The notes under the pieces are model-generated. The model did no database searches. It was given only the letters and a program-made list of their open reading frames with translations, and was not told the origin of the DNA. The translations under genes were made by a program, and so were the position numbers. Positions 26,750-35,637 of a stretch of DNA of 64,000 bases are shown in pieces. The stretch's first letter is position 1; each line of letters opens with the position of its first letter. The stretch is from Acidobacteriota bacterium (GTDB taxonomy: Bacteria; Acidobacteriota; Terriglobia; Terriglobales; Acidobacteriaceae). The stretch is taken from contig JARLGI010000076.1 in assembly GCA_031296115.1 (NCBI GenBank), positions 2,806-66,805 on the forward strand, in the 5' to 3' direction.

Positions 26750-28132
26750 ATGATCTCGCGCCTGCGGGCGGCTTGCGCCCTTGCAGTACTCTGCTTGTGC
26801 TTCATTTCGCTGATGGCGTCGGCGCAGCAAGCGGCGACGGCTTCCGGTAATGCCGCCAACGAGATGCCGTCCGTGACTACGGTGCCACCGGCGGCGCAGC
26901 CTTCGCCCAACTTCGATGTAGATGCCGCGACGGAGGCATACTTGGCGCAGATTCCAGCCAGCGCCCGGGCCCGCTCCGACGCCTATTTTGAGGGCGGCTA
27001 CTGGCTGATCCTGTGGGACTTTCTGTACGGCGTCATGATCGCACTGCTCCTACTGAGCCTGCGCTGGTCGGCGCGAATGCGCGACTTTGCCGAGCGCATC
27101 ACGCGCTTCAAGCCCTTGCAGACCTTCCTCTATTGGGTGCAATATCTCGTGCTCACCAGCATCCTGGGTTTTCCGCTTGCGGTCTATGAAGGCTACATAC
27201 GCGAACGTCAATACGGTCTGGCTACCCAGACTTTCGGCCCCTGGATGTGGGACCAGACCAAGTTCCTGATGGTCAACATCGTGCTTGGCGGCATTCTGGC
27301 CATGCTGTTGTTCGGTGTGGTCCGCCGCCTGCCGCGCACTTGGTGGATTTGGGGAGCGGTGGTAAGCATGCTGTTTACCATCCTCACGGTGGCCATCGCT
27401 CCCGTTTATCTAGTACCCATCTTCAACAAGGTCACCAAGCTGAATAATCCGAAGATCACGCAACCTATCCTCAAGCTGGCGCGGGCGAATGGAATTGCCG
27501 CTAACGATGTCTATGAAATTGACGCCTCGAAACAGACCACACGCATGAGCGCCAACGTCAGCGGCTTCGGCAACACCATGCGCATCACCATGAATGACAA
27601 TCTTCTGCGCCGTGGTTCCCCGGAGGAAATTCAGGCCGTCATGGGACACGAGATGGGACACTATGTCCTGAACCATATTTACAAGGGCATTTTGTTCATT
27701 TTTATAGTTGTGGTTGTCGGTTTCGCGCTGCTGCGCTGGTCGTTAGATTGGTGCCTGGCGCGATGGGGAGAGAAGTGGCAAATCCGCGGCATCGGCGATA
27801 CTGCCGTACTGCCGCTCGTGGTTCTTCTGGCATCGATCTATGGCTTCATCCTGACTCCCATCATGAATACCGACACCCGCACCGGCGAGCGAGAAGCCGA
27901 CATGTACGGTCTGAACGCCAGCCGCCAGCCCGATGGTTTCGCACAAGCAGCCATCCATCTAGGTGAGTACAGGAAGATGAGGCCGGGACCAATCGAGGAA
28001 TTTGTCTTCTACGATCATCCCAGCGGCTATAACCGGATTCATGCAGCCATGCGCTGGAAGAAGGAAAATCTGGAGTTATACAGCGGACAGAATAGTCCGG
28101 AGAGTGCCCCAATAGTCCCGCCTGCTAACTAG
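26750..28132 (+). CDS. M48 family zinc metalloprotease (Ste24/HtpX-like) with multi-TM N-terminal domain
   Basis: ..IQAVMGHEMGHYVLNHIYKG (HExxH) ..EREADMYGL... Several TM helices. Confidence 0.9.
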   Translation: MISRLRAACALAVLCLCFISLMASAQQAATASGNAANEMPSVTTVPPAAQPSPNFDVDAATEAYLAQIPASARARSDAYFEGGYWLILWDFLYGVMIALLLLSLRWSARMRDFAERITRFKPLQTFLYWVQYLVLTSILGFPLAVYEGYIRERQYGLATQTFGPWMWDQTKFLMVNIVLGGILAMLLFGVVRRLPRTWWIWGAVVSMLFTILTVAIAPVYLVPIFNKVTKLNNPKITQPILKLARANGIAANDVYEIDASKQTTRMSANVSGFGNTMRITMNDNLLRRGSPEEIQAVMGHEMGHYVLNHIYKGILFIFIVVVVGFALLRWSLDWCLARWGEKWQIRGIGDTAVLPLVVLLASIYGFILTPIMNTDTRTGEREADMYGLNASRQPDGFAQAAIHLGEYRKMRPGPIEEFVFYDHPSGYNRIHAAMRWKKENLELYSGQNSPESAPIVPPAN

Positions 28133-28166
28133 CTAGCGCGAACTCGCCTTCGGCGGCAGATCCTTA

Positions 28167-28206
28167 TCCCACATTGTAAGTATTTCAAGCTCCATACAAT
28201 GTGGGA
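28167..28206. terminator. 12-bp inverted repeat between convergent genes
   Basis: TCCCACATTGTA-16 nt-TACAATGTGGGA. AT-rich loop, no clear T-run. Confidence 0.35.
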
Positions 28207-28208
28207 CA

Positions 28209-30536
28209 TCATGCAGGACCGTAGTGCTGACTGCTCTTGACCTTCAATTCGCATCGTGCGGTTGACTTGTCGGCGAGCTGAATGTCGAGATAGACAATGC
28301 CCTCCTGGGCGGTCATGGCGGGCGGCAGCCCGTCAACAATCAATACCGACTTGTCCAGTGAAAGTCGGAAATTCAACGATGAACCCATAAAGCTCACGCC
28401 GGCGACCTGGTCGAGCCGGCTGCCTTGAATCTGAAGTTGCTTGGCGCCGGGTGCGACTCCCTGGATCTTCAACTCGACCTTGGCGGGAACGTCTTTGGTG
28501 GCGTCATCGCTCAATGATACCGCTACCGGCAAGCCGGCAGGCTTTCCGCCGCCGTCGAATTTCCGCAACACAATTTCCTTCACACCTTCCATCATCCTCG
28601 CCGGAATGGTGACGACCAGAAATGCCGGAGCGGCCGCCGGGTTCACGCCGATCTCATGCTTCGGGTCGTCGGGTAGAACGACCCGGGCACCGTCCAGCGC
28701 GGTCCCTGCAATTCCCAGCACCAGCGTCTCGCGGGTCTTCGAGAGGACCGCGACTTTGGAGATCGCGAAGTCGCTGACAGAGGCACCGATACCGATGGGG
28801 TGCCTATCGGCGAAGCTGCTGCCCCACAGCAGCCGCTGCACCTGCAGCGTCCGGTTGGCCCGCAGCACCTCGTTGGGAACCACAACGGTGATCTCCTCGG
28901 GTGTTTGACTGTGGAAGGGCGCATCGCTCAATCCGTACAGATTGTCGCCGATCAGCACCACCAGCGGGTTCTTGCCGTTGGGGTAGATTTCTCCGCCCTG
29001 GTTGAGCTTGATGTGCAGCAAAGAGGAGGTGTCGGAGTAGGGACGAGGCGTGACCTCGCCAATTTGCGGAGGCTGGTCCGGATTCTTGAACAGATGCATC
29101 TCCGACTTCGAGTTTGCCGCCATCCTGGTGGCTTCGCTGACCGGGCAGGCGCCGTAGGCGAGGGCCTTGACCTGGGTAGGGTCCTCCACCGGGCTTTCGT
29201 GTCCATCGCGTCCCACCAGGAACGCGCCCCCGGCGGCGGCGATGGCCTCGGCCGAGACGACGAATTGCACCAGCTCGGAGCTCGCGAGGAAGCCGGGCGT
29301 GGTGGCGTCCATCAGGAACGGGCCGACGCGGGCGCGGACCCCCGGCAGAAATTGGCCTTGCACCCGCACCGCGATTCGTCCGCCTCCCATGTCCTGCACC
29401 TCCAACGCGCGGGTGTAGGGCGCGGTGTCAAAATTGGCGATGTCATACACTGTGGGACTATCGACGGGACTGATTTCCTCCGACGCCACTGCGCCGGTCT
29501 TGGGATCCATGCGGCGCCAGGCGGTATGAATCGAGGCGGTGCCGGAGCAGTCCATCTCCAGGCCGGCGGGGAAGGAAGGAAAAGCGATCTGCACAAACGT
29601 CTGCCGCAACCCGGAGCGTACCCGCTTCTGCCCCAACACGGGACGAAACTGCCAGGCAAAGGTGGTGCTGCCGCGTCCGTGGCAAGCGGCGTCATTGCCC
29701 GCCGGAAGTTGCAGGGCGATGGTGTCCTGCTGCTGAATCAGGTAATAGGTCTTGTGGCCGCTCAGAAAACTTCCGCCCACGTTGAACACTCCGGCAATCA
29801 CGCCGCCGGCGCCGAAGGAAAAGGATTTGTCGGTCAGGCTGGCGACGTTGTAGGTCTTCTCCCGCGGCAAGACCGTGATGACCGAGGGCACTAGCTCCAG
29901 CGGAACTTCCTCGGCTCCTACCGCTCGGCGGGCGGGCGGATTACATACCGTCACCGTGACTTCCGCCAGTGCATTTTCGTACCGCTTGCCGGCCGGTGCT
30001 TCCAGGCTGATGGGAAAGCCTATGGTTATGTGCTTTTTGTATCCCTTCCCGCCGGCCAGAAAGCGGTCGCTCAAGGCGCCATCCAGCAGCAGTTGCAGAT
30101 TGGTGAGTTCGTACTTGAGCTGCATCTGCTCGTTCAAAGTATCAAGGGAGGACTGCGCCATGCTGGAGGGCATGCTCATCGTCGATGCCGCCGGAGTGGC
30201 CGGCGCCGCAGCCGCCAGCGAGCCTTGGGTTGTGGCGGTGGACGCTGCCCCGGTCGCAGGTGTCGTCGTTACCACGCTGGGCGTGGACGGGCCGCCGCCC
30301 TGCACCGCAACTGCGGTCTGTGTAAGACTGGCGCCCTGCGTCGCGCCCAGGGCGCCGATAAGTTTGCCCTGATCAATCGGATTGACGATCGAGAGGCTGG
30401 ATTTGGTGGCGTCCAGTTGCTGTTGCAGGAAGGAGTCGTCGTACACTTTGGGAGCACCGACAAAGATTCCATTGCTCTGCTGACCCAGGCATATCGAGCT
30501 GGCCGCAAAACAGAGCACGAGTAAACGAAGCCGCAT
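28209..30536 (-). CDS. large secreted hypothetical protein (775 aa), Ig-like C-terminal repeats
   Basis: Signal peptide MRLRLLVLCFAASSICLGQQ. A T/A/S-rich linker, a predicted coiled segment (LDTLNEQMQLKYELTNLQLLLDGA), and beta-rich C-terminal repeats. No family recognised. Coding-like composition, and no competing recognisable ORF. Confidence 0.75.
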   Translation of the reverse strand: MRLRLLVLCFAASSICLGQQSNGIFVGAPKVYDDSFLQQQLDATKSSLSIVNPIDQGKLIGALGATQGASLTQTAVAVQGGGPSTPSVVTTTPATGAASTATTQGSLAAAAPATPAASTMSMPSSMAQSSLDTLNEQMQLKYELTNLQLLLDGALSDRFLAGGKGYKKHITIGFPISLEAPAGKRYENALAEVTVTVCNPPARRAVGAEEVPLELVPSVITVLPREKTYNVASLTDKSFSFGAGGVIAGVFNVGGSFLSGHKTYYLIQQQDTIALQLPAGNDAACHGRGSTTFAWQFRPVLGQKRVRSGLRQTFVQIAFPSFPAGLEMDCSGTASIHTAWRRMDPKTGAVASEEISPVDSPTVYDIANFDTAPYTRALEVQDMGGGRIAVRVQGQFLPGVRARVGPFLMDATTPGFLASSELVQFVVSAEAIAAAGGAFLVGRDGHESPVEDPTQVKALAYGACPVSEATRMAANSKSEMHLFKNPDQPPQIGEVTPRPYSDTSSLLHIKLNQGGEIYPNGKNPLVVLIGDNLYGLSDAPFHSQTPEEITVVVPNEVLRANRTLQVQRLLWGSSFADRHPIGIGASVSDFAISKVAVLSKTRETLVLGIAGTALDGARVVLPDDPKHEIGVNPAAAPAFLVVTIPARMMEGVKEIVLRKFDGGGKPAGLPVAVSLSDDATKDVPAKVELKIQGVAPGAKQLQIQGSRLDQVAGVSFMGSSLNFRLSLDKSVLIVDGLPPAMTAQEGIVYLDIQLADKSTARCELKVKSSQHYGPA

Positions 30537-30547
30537 GTGGGTTTTCC

Positions 30548-30814
30548 TTACAGGACCTCAATGACTTGAATGACCGGTTGGGGGCTCGGGACCTTGGGGA
30601 AGCCGGAGACGCTCAAGGTGCAACCTTCAGCCTTCCCATGGTTCATCAGAAACGCGCGGGCCGCCGTTGCCTGTGTGGGTACGGAATTCCCGCCGGGAGG
30701 AAAATCCATCAGCAACAGATAAAAGATGGGCGGTCCCGTGCCGGCTTGAACCTTCAGCAACACCGCCTGCGGTTGGTAGTGCAAAACTCCCGTGATGGTT
30801 TGCGGTGGAGTCAT
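30548..30814 (-). CDS. small hypothetical protein (88 aa) immediately upstream of the 775-aa gene
   Basis: ORF 30548..30988. ATG at 30814 gives MTPPQTITGVLHYQPQAVLLKVQAGTGPPIFYLLLMDFPPGG... Its stop is 11 nt before the next start. Start uncertain. Confidence 0.45.
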   Translation of the reverse strand: MTPPQTITGVLHYQPQAVLLKVQAGTGPPIFYLLLMDFPPGGNSVPTQATAARAFLMNHGKAEGCTLSVSGFPKVPSPQPVIQVIEVL

Positions 30815-31189
30815 GGTTGTTCTGCTGCAGAATGTGTGGAGCACCCGATCAGAGCCTGCAGCCAGGCCCCAGGCTGGGCTGCGCGTTGCCTCAATGTTCG
30901 GGTGGAAGGGGGAATGTTGTTCCTTCTTCCCTGCGAAGTCAAGGACGAAAAATCCAGGGGCTAGCGGGGGTAGCGCTCTTCCGCCCATTGCGGTAGCGAT
31001 ATTTCAGCATGGTGAGCGCCCATGCGGCTGGACCGTGCCGTGACCGGGATTTTAGATACTAAATTCGAAAACGCCGCGACACCCGCAGGTCCCTCTCCGT
31101 CATCCGGGGCACCGGCCGCTTCGCAACCCGGCGTAATAAATGGCGCGGTGCGGATGGCCCACCCGCGATTTGTTACTCTGGTAGTTTCC

Positions 31190-32284
31190 ATGACACTGAG
31201 GCTCTGCCTGATCGGGAGTTTCCTGGCGCTACTGACGCTCTGCGGGTGCGGAACTCCTGGGGCGCCGCAGTTCCCTTCACTGCAGTTGGCCAGGCCGGTT
31301 GAAGACCTGACTGCGGTGCGTTCCGGTAACCAGGTTGAGTTGGACTGGACCCTGCCGAAGAAGAACACCGACCGCACACTGGTCAAGCACATCCCCGAAA
31401 CCCGCATCTGCCGCCATCCGGGGACGGCACTGCTCAGCACGTGCGCCGTGGTCGCCGAAGTGCCCAGCCCGAAGCTGCAACCGAAGAAGAAAGGCCAAGA
31501 GCCGGAAAATGTCCGCCTGCATTACGTCGACACTCTGCCACCGCAGCTTGGCCAAGAGAACCCCGCCGGCTTCGTTACCTACGCCGTGGAAGAGATGAAT
31601 TCCCACGGGAAAAGCGCCGGTCTCTCCAATCAGGTTTTCATTCCGGTAGCGCCGACGATTCCTGCGCCGCGGCAACTGTCAGCAATGGTATCGGGAGACG
31701 GCGTGCGAATCTCCTGGACAGGGCCGGTTCCCCCGATCCCGCCGCAAGGTCTCAGCTATCACTATCAAGTCGACCGCAGGCCCGTCGGCGCTCCGTCGTA
31801 CATTGTCGTCGCGGGTAACGTTGAGCCATCGGCCAGCGGCTCGTACCTCGACAAGACCTTCGAGTGGGAAAAGCAGTATCAGTACCGCATCACGACGGCC
31901 ACCACGGTGCAGTCCCATGGATTAAGCGCTTCGGTTCCCGGTGAATCTTCAGAGCCGGTCGAAGTGTTCACTCGAGACATCTATCCGCCGGCGCAGCCTG
32001 CCGGGCTGCAGGCAGTTTTCTCCAGCGTCGGGCAGAAGCCGTTCGTCGACCTCACCTGGGCGCCGAACCTCGAAAGCGACCTTGCCGGCTACAACGTGTT
32101 CCGGCGCGTCGGTAGCGGCCCCTTCGAGAAGCTGAACCAGCAACTGGTGCAGGTTCCATCCTTCCGTGATGAGAAGGTCGAGCCTGGCAAGAAATACATC
32201 TATGTGGTTACCGCCGTGGACTTGCGCGGCAATGAGAGTCCAACGTCCGCCGAGGCAAGCGAGGAAGTGCCCGCGAAGCAGTAA
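31190..32284 (+). CDS. fibronectin type III repeat lipoprotein
   Basis: ORF 31022..32284. ATG at 31190 gives MTLRLCLIGSFLALLTLCGC (lipobox-like); 31154 is also possible. FN3-like units ..QVELDWTLP.., ..VRISWTGP..YHYQVDRR.., ..VDLTWAPNLESDLAGYNVFRR..YIYVVTAVDLRGNES. Confidence 0.72.
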   Translation: MTLRLCLIGSFLALLTLCGCGTPGAPQFPSLQLARPVEDLTAVRSGNQVELDWTLPKKNTDRTLVKHIPETRICRHPGTALLSTCAVVAEVPSPKLQPKKKGQEPENVRLHYVDTLPPQLGQENPAGFVTYAVEEMNSHGKSAGLSNQVFIPVAPTIPAPRQLSAMVSGDGVRISWTGPVPPIPPQGLSYHYQVDRRPVGAPSYIVVAGNVEPSASGSYLDKTFEWEKQYQYRITTATTVQSHGLSASVPGESSEPVEVFTRDIYPPAQPAGLQAVFSSVGQKPFVDLTWAPNLESDLAGYNVFRRVGSGPFEKLNQQLVQVPSFRDEKVEPGKKYIYVVTAVDLRGNESPTSAEASEEVPAKQ

Positions 32285-32299
32285 CTACCGAGGTTTGTC

Positions 32300-33097
32300 A
32301 TGCGTTATTGCCGGTTTCAATTGAATGGGGTCAGGCGCTACGGACTGGTCGAAGAGCTTCACGGGGTGGAATTCATTACCCGCGCTGTCGAGAGCGCGCC
32401 CAATTCCGCCAATGCCTTTGACGGCGCGCAGCCACTCGATATACCGCTGGGCGAAGTTCGCCTGCTTGCTCCCATCCAGCCATCAAAGATCGTCTGCATC
32501 GGGCGTAACTATCGCGAGCACGCCAAAGAACTGAACCATCCCATACCTACCGAGCCGCTGTTCTTTCTCAAACCTCCTTCTTCCGTTATTGGACCGGGCG
32601 ATGACGTGCGCCGCCCCAACCATCTTTCGCAGCGGGTGGATTACGAGGGCGAACTCGGCGTCGTCATCAGCAAGAGCTGCTACCGCTTGGAGGACAGTGA
32701 CGACGTGCGGCCCTATATCCTCGGCTACACGTGCGTGAACGACGTGACCGCGCGTGATCTACAGAACAAAGATGGGCAATGGAGCCGGGCAAAGGGCTTC
32801 GACACCTTCTGCCCGGTCGGCCCCTTTGTTGTCGACGGGCTTGATCCGTGGAAAGGCGTCCGCGTGGAGTCGCGCCTCAACAGTGAATTGCGGCAGAACG
32901 GCACCACCGTTGATTTCCTCTTCCCGCTCGACGTGCTCATGCGGTTTATCTCCCAGGTCATGACGCTGGAGCCCGGAGACGTGATCGCGACCGGCACTCC
33001 CGCGGGCGTGGGCCCGATGCAGTCCGGCGACACCGTGGAGGTCACGGTCGAGGGCATTGGAACACTCCGGAATCCGGTGGTAAACATCGAGCAGTAA
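32300..33097 (+). CDS. fumarylacetoacetate hydrolase (FAH) family protein
   Basis: ..KIVCIGRNYREHAKELN..PLFFLKPPSSVIGPGD..VDYEGELGVVISK..ILGYTCVNDVTARDLQ..WSRAKGFDTFCPVGP..GDVIATGTPAGVG. Confidence 0.92.
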   Translation: MRYCRFQLNGVRRYGLVEELHGVEFITRAVESAPNSANAFDGAQPLDIPLGEVRLLAPIQPSKIVCIGRNYREHAKELNHPIPTEPLFFLKPPSSVIGPGDDVRRPNHLSQRVDYEGELGVVISKSCYRLEDSDDVRPYILGYTCVNDVTARDLQNKDGQWSRAKGFDTFCPVGPFVVDGLDPWKGVRVESRLNSELRQNGTTVDFLFPLDVLMRFISQVMTLEPGDVIATGTPAGVGPMQSGDTVEVTVEGIGTLRNPVVNIEQ

Positions 33098-33221
33098 GGA
33101 AAAAGCGGATTAGCTGAGACGAACTAGTGCAAAGCGGTCGATCTCGAATCCGGATTTTTTAGTTCCCTTGCCTTCCCAATCCAGATATCTTTGTGGCAAG
33201 CCTCCTCGTCGAACGACCACC

Positions 33222-33668
33222 ATGCATTCCTTCAGGCTGTATCCGGTCCTTGCCTTCGGTGCTTTGGCAGCGATTGTAGGCTATGGCCTGCTCTCTCGCC
33301 ACGACAAGAAGTCATCGGAGCAATTAGAGCGCGAACGCAGGACCCAGCTCACGCTGGGCGGACGCATCATCGATGGCAACGTGATCGACGTGCTGGAACT
33401 GGAGGATGACGAGTCCGGTAGACAGATGATTCTGCTGGTGTACAAGTACGACGTGGCTGGCGTGACGTACGAAGCTTCGCAGGACGTGACCCATCTGCGC
33501 CAGTTTATCGACCTGTATTCCTGCCGGCTGGGGCTGCCGACATCGGTGAAATACGACCCGCACAATCCGGGGGATTCCATCGTGATTTCGGAAACGTGGT
33601 CCGGATTGAGAAAGTCGGCTATCCAACTGCCCCACCGGAGCGTCGCCCAATCCCGTACTTTGGTTTGA
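33222..33668 (+). CDS. DUF3592-like membrane-anchored protein
   Basis: ORF 33168..33668. ATG at 33222 gives MHSFRLYPVLAFGALAAIVGYGLL (TM helix), then ..LLVYKYDVAGVTYEAS..VKYDPHNPGDS... Confidence 0.55.
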   Translation: MHSFRLYPVLAFGALAAIVGYGLLSRHDKKSSEQLERERRTQLTLGGRIIDGNVIDVLELEDDESGRQMILLVYKYDVAGVTYEASQDVTHLRQFIDLYSCRLGLPTSVKYDPHNPGDSIVISETWSGLRKSAIQLPHRSVAQSRTLV

Positions 33669-33749
33669 TGACGGGAGCGACGGCTGGACTTACGGGGAAT
33701 TGTTTTCTGAATATTGACATCTGCGACCCCCGTCAAACTGCGGGAAGAT

Positions 33750-33758
33750 TGCTACAAT
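33750..33758 (+). promoter_or_regulatory. extended -10 element (TGcTACAAT) 7 nt upstream of the ccdA ATG
   Basis: TGCTACAAT at 33750-33758; ATG at 33766. The spacing fits a leaderless or near-leaderless transcript. No good -35 element. Confidence 0.25.
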
Positions 33759-33765
33759 AGTGCCA

Positions 33766-34488
33766 ATGCATAGCCTGCCGTTGCCGATAGCCGCCTTCGC
33801 AGCGGGCATTTTGTCGTTTCTTTCGCCCTGCGTATTGCCGCTGGTCCCGGGCTATGTGTCGCTGATTTCTGGCGCAACGGTTGAGGACTTGCAGTCGCCC
33901 GACCAGCGCATGTTGGGGACGGTAATGCTCCACTCCGTCACGTTTGTGCTGGGGTTTAGCGTGGTGTTTATCGCGCTGGGCGCGGCCGCAACCAGCATCG
34001 GCCAGTTTGCCGCAGAGTATCACCGTTGGCTGTCGCGCATCGCCGGGATTGTCGTCATCATCTTTGGTTTGCACCTGACGGGCATCTGGAAGATCAACGC
34101 GCTCTACGCCGACAAACGCCTGCATGACGTCAAAGGCGGCGCCAGCGCATTTGGCTCGTTCGCCGTGGGGTTTGCCTTCGCTTTCGGCTGGACGCCGTGC
34201 ATTGGTCCCGTCCTGGCCACCATCCTGGTTTTCGCCGGGGCGCAGGAAACCGTGTTCAAGGGGATTTTGCTTTTGGCGATCTATTCCCTTGGACTGGCCG
34301 TACCTTTTCTGCTGACTTCGTTGGGAGTCGATCGATTCTTGTCATTCTATGGACGCTTTCGTCGTCATTTGCATACCGTCGAAGTCATCAGTGGCGTTTT
34401 CTTAATCGCCATTGGTGTGTTGATTTTTTTGAACAACCTGAAAATGCTCTCCGGATATCTCTCTTTTCTGAACCGGTTCGCGCTGTAA
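33766..34488 (+). CDS. ccdA: cytochrome c biogenesis thiol-disulfide transporter CcdA (DsbD beta-domain family)
   Basis: ..GILSFLSPCVLPLVPGYVSLISG.. and ..AFGWTPCIGPVLATIL.. (both conserved Cys motifs). Six TM helices. Confidence 0.9.
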   Translation: MHSLPLPIAAFAAGILSFLSPCVLPLVPGYVSLISGATVEDLQSPDQRMLGTVMLHSVTFVLGFSVVFIALGAAATSIGQFAAEYHRWLSRIAGIVVIIFGLHLTGIWKINALYADKRLHDVKGGASAFGSFAVGFAFAFGWTPCIGPVLATILVFAGAQETVFKGILLLAIYSLGLAVPFLLTSLGVDRFLSFYGRFRRHLHTVEVISGVFLIAIGVLIFLNNLKMLSGYLSFLNRFAL

Positions 34489-34508
34489 GGTGTTGAGGGA
34501 TCTGCGTT

Positions 34509-35147
34509 TTGAAACGAAATGCCGTGGTTTTCGTGGCTCTGGTGGTGGTCGTGATGGCCTTGCTGGCCACCGGCCGCTATCTGGACCGCACCCGCAAACA
34601 CGGCCCCATCAGGCTGGTCGGCAATGTTCGCGGTGTGCCTGCACCCGACTTCGACCTGCTGACGTTGGATGGGCACAAAGTAAGACTGTCCGATTACCGC
34701 GGCAAGGCCGTGCTGCTGAACTTCTGGGCGACATGGTGCCCGCCGTGCAAGGTCGAGATGCCCTGGTTCGTGGATCTGCAGAACCAGTATCGCGAGGATG
34801 GCCTAGTCGTCCTGGGTGTAGCCATGGACGACTCCGAAGCCTCGAAGATTGCCGAGTTTGCCCATGAGATGGGCGTGAATTACCAGGTCCTGCTGGGCAC
34901 CGACAAGGTCTCCGACGACTACGGCGATGTGCAATACCTGCCGACCACTTTCTACATCGATCGCAACGGCATGATCGTGGACAAAATGGCCGGCTTGCTG
35001 AGCCGGCAAGAAATTGAGAACGACGTGAAGAAAGTCGTGAATTCGACCTACAAGGTCAATCCCACGTCCTCCAGCCAGGCCCACGCCCAGGTGAGACATC
35101 GGGCAGAAGCCGAGATCAAACCCCCATCGAAAGCCGCTGCGCAATGA
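34509..35147 (+). CDS. TlpA/ResA-family membrane-anchored thioredoxin (WCPPC)
   Basis: TTG start behind GAGGGA. N-terminal TM helix, then ..GKAVLLNFWATWCPPCKVEMPWF.. Confidence 0.9.
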   Translation: MKRNAVVFVALVVVVMALLATGRYLDRTRKHGPIRLVGNVRGVPAPDFDLLTLDGHKVRLSDYRGKAVLLNFWATWCPPCKVEMPWFVDLQNQYREDGLVVLGVAMDDSEASKIAEFAHEMGVNYQVLLGTDKVSDDYGDVQYLPTTFYIDRNGMIVDKMAGLLSRQEIENDVKKVVNSTYKVNPTSSSQAHAQVRHRAEAEIKPPSKAAAQ

Positions 35148-35629
35148 AGCGAGCCCCGCTCTTTGGACTGAGTGTGCTTGTGTTAGCGGCCCTGGCGGTA
35201 GCTCAGGGCGATAAACAGCCCACGGTAATCATGGCGCCTGTGGGCAACGTGCCGGTGCGTGCCGGGGGTAGCACTGATCTCGAACTCGACTTTCGCATTG
35301 ATTCTGATTTCCACATCAACTCCAACAAGCCCAAGGCCGATTACCTCATTCCCACCGTCCTGAAGCTGAGTCCGCCAGAGCAGGTGTTACTCGCCGACGT
35401 GAAGTACCCTCCCGGACAAGAGATGTCGTTCGCTTTCTCGCCCAACGAAAAGCTCAGTGTTTACAGCGGGGATTTCGCTATTAATACGGTATTGAAGTCG
35501 CCGGCCGGCGCCGCCGCCGGGACCTATCCCGTAAAAGGCGCGCTGCGATTTCAAGCCTGCGACCACAGCGCCTGCTACCCGCCGCGCTCGATTCCCGTGC
35601 AGTTCAAGGTGACCGTGGTCAGGAAGTAG
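35144..35629 (+). CDS. DsbD alpha (N-terminal) domain-like periplasmic protein
   Basis: ATGA overlap with the previous gene. Signal peptide. ..GALRFQACDHSACYPPRSIPV resembles the DsbD-alpha ..YQGC....FCYPP.. Cys pair. Confidence 0.7.
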   Translation: MKRAPLFGLSVLVLAALAVAQGDKQPTVIMAPVGNVPVRAGGSTDLELDFRIDSDFHINSNKPKADYLIPTVLKLSPPEQVLLADVKYPPGQEMSFAFSPNEKLSVYSGDFAINTVLKSPAGAAAGTYPVKGALRFQACDHSACYPPRSIPVQFKVTVVRK

Positions 35630-35637
35630 CTAGGCTT

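Noticed and set aside
26048-26830. 260-aa minus-strand ORF
   Set aside because: It spans the S53 remnant, its terminator and the start of the M48 gene in antisense. It is not coherent with any family.
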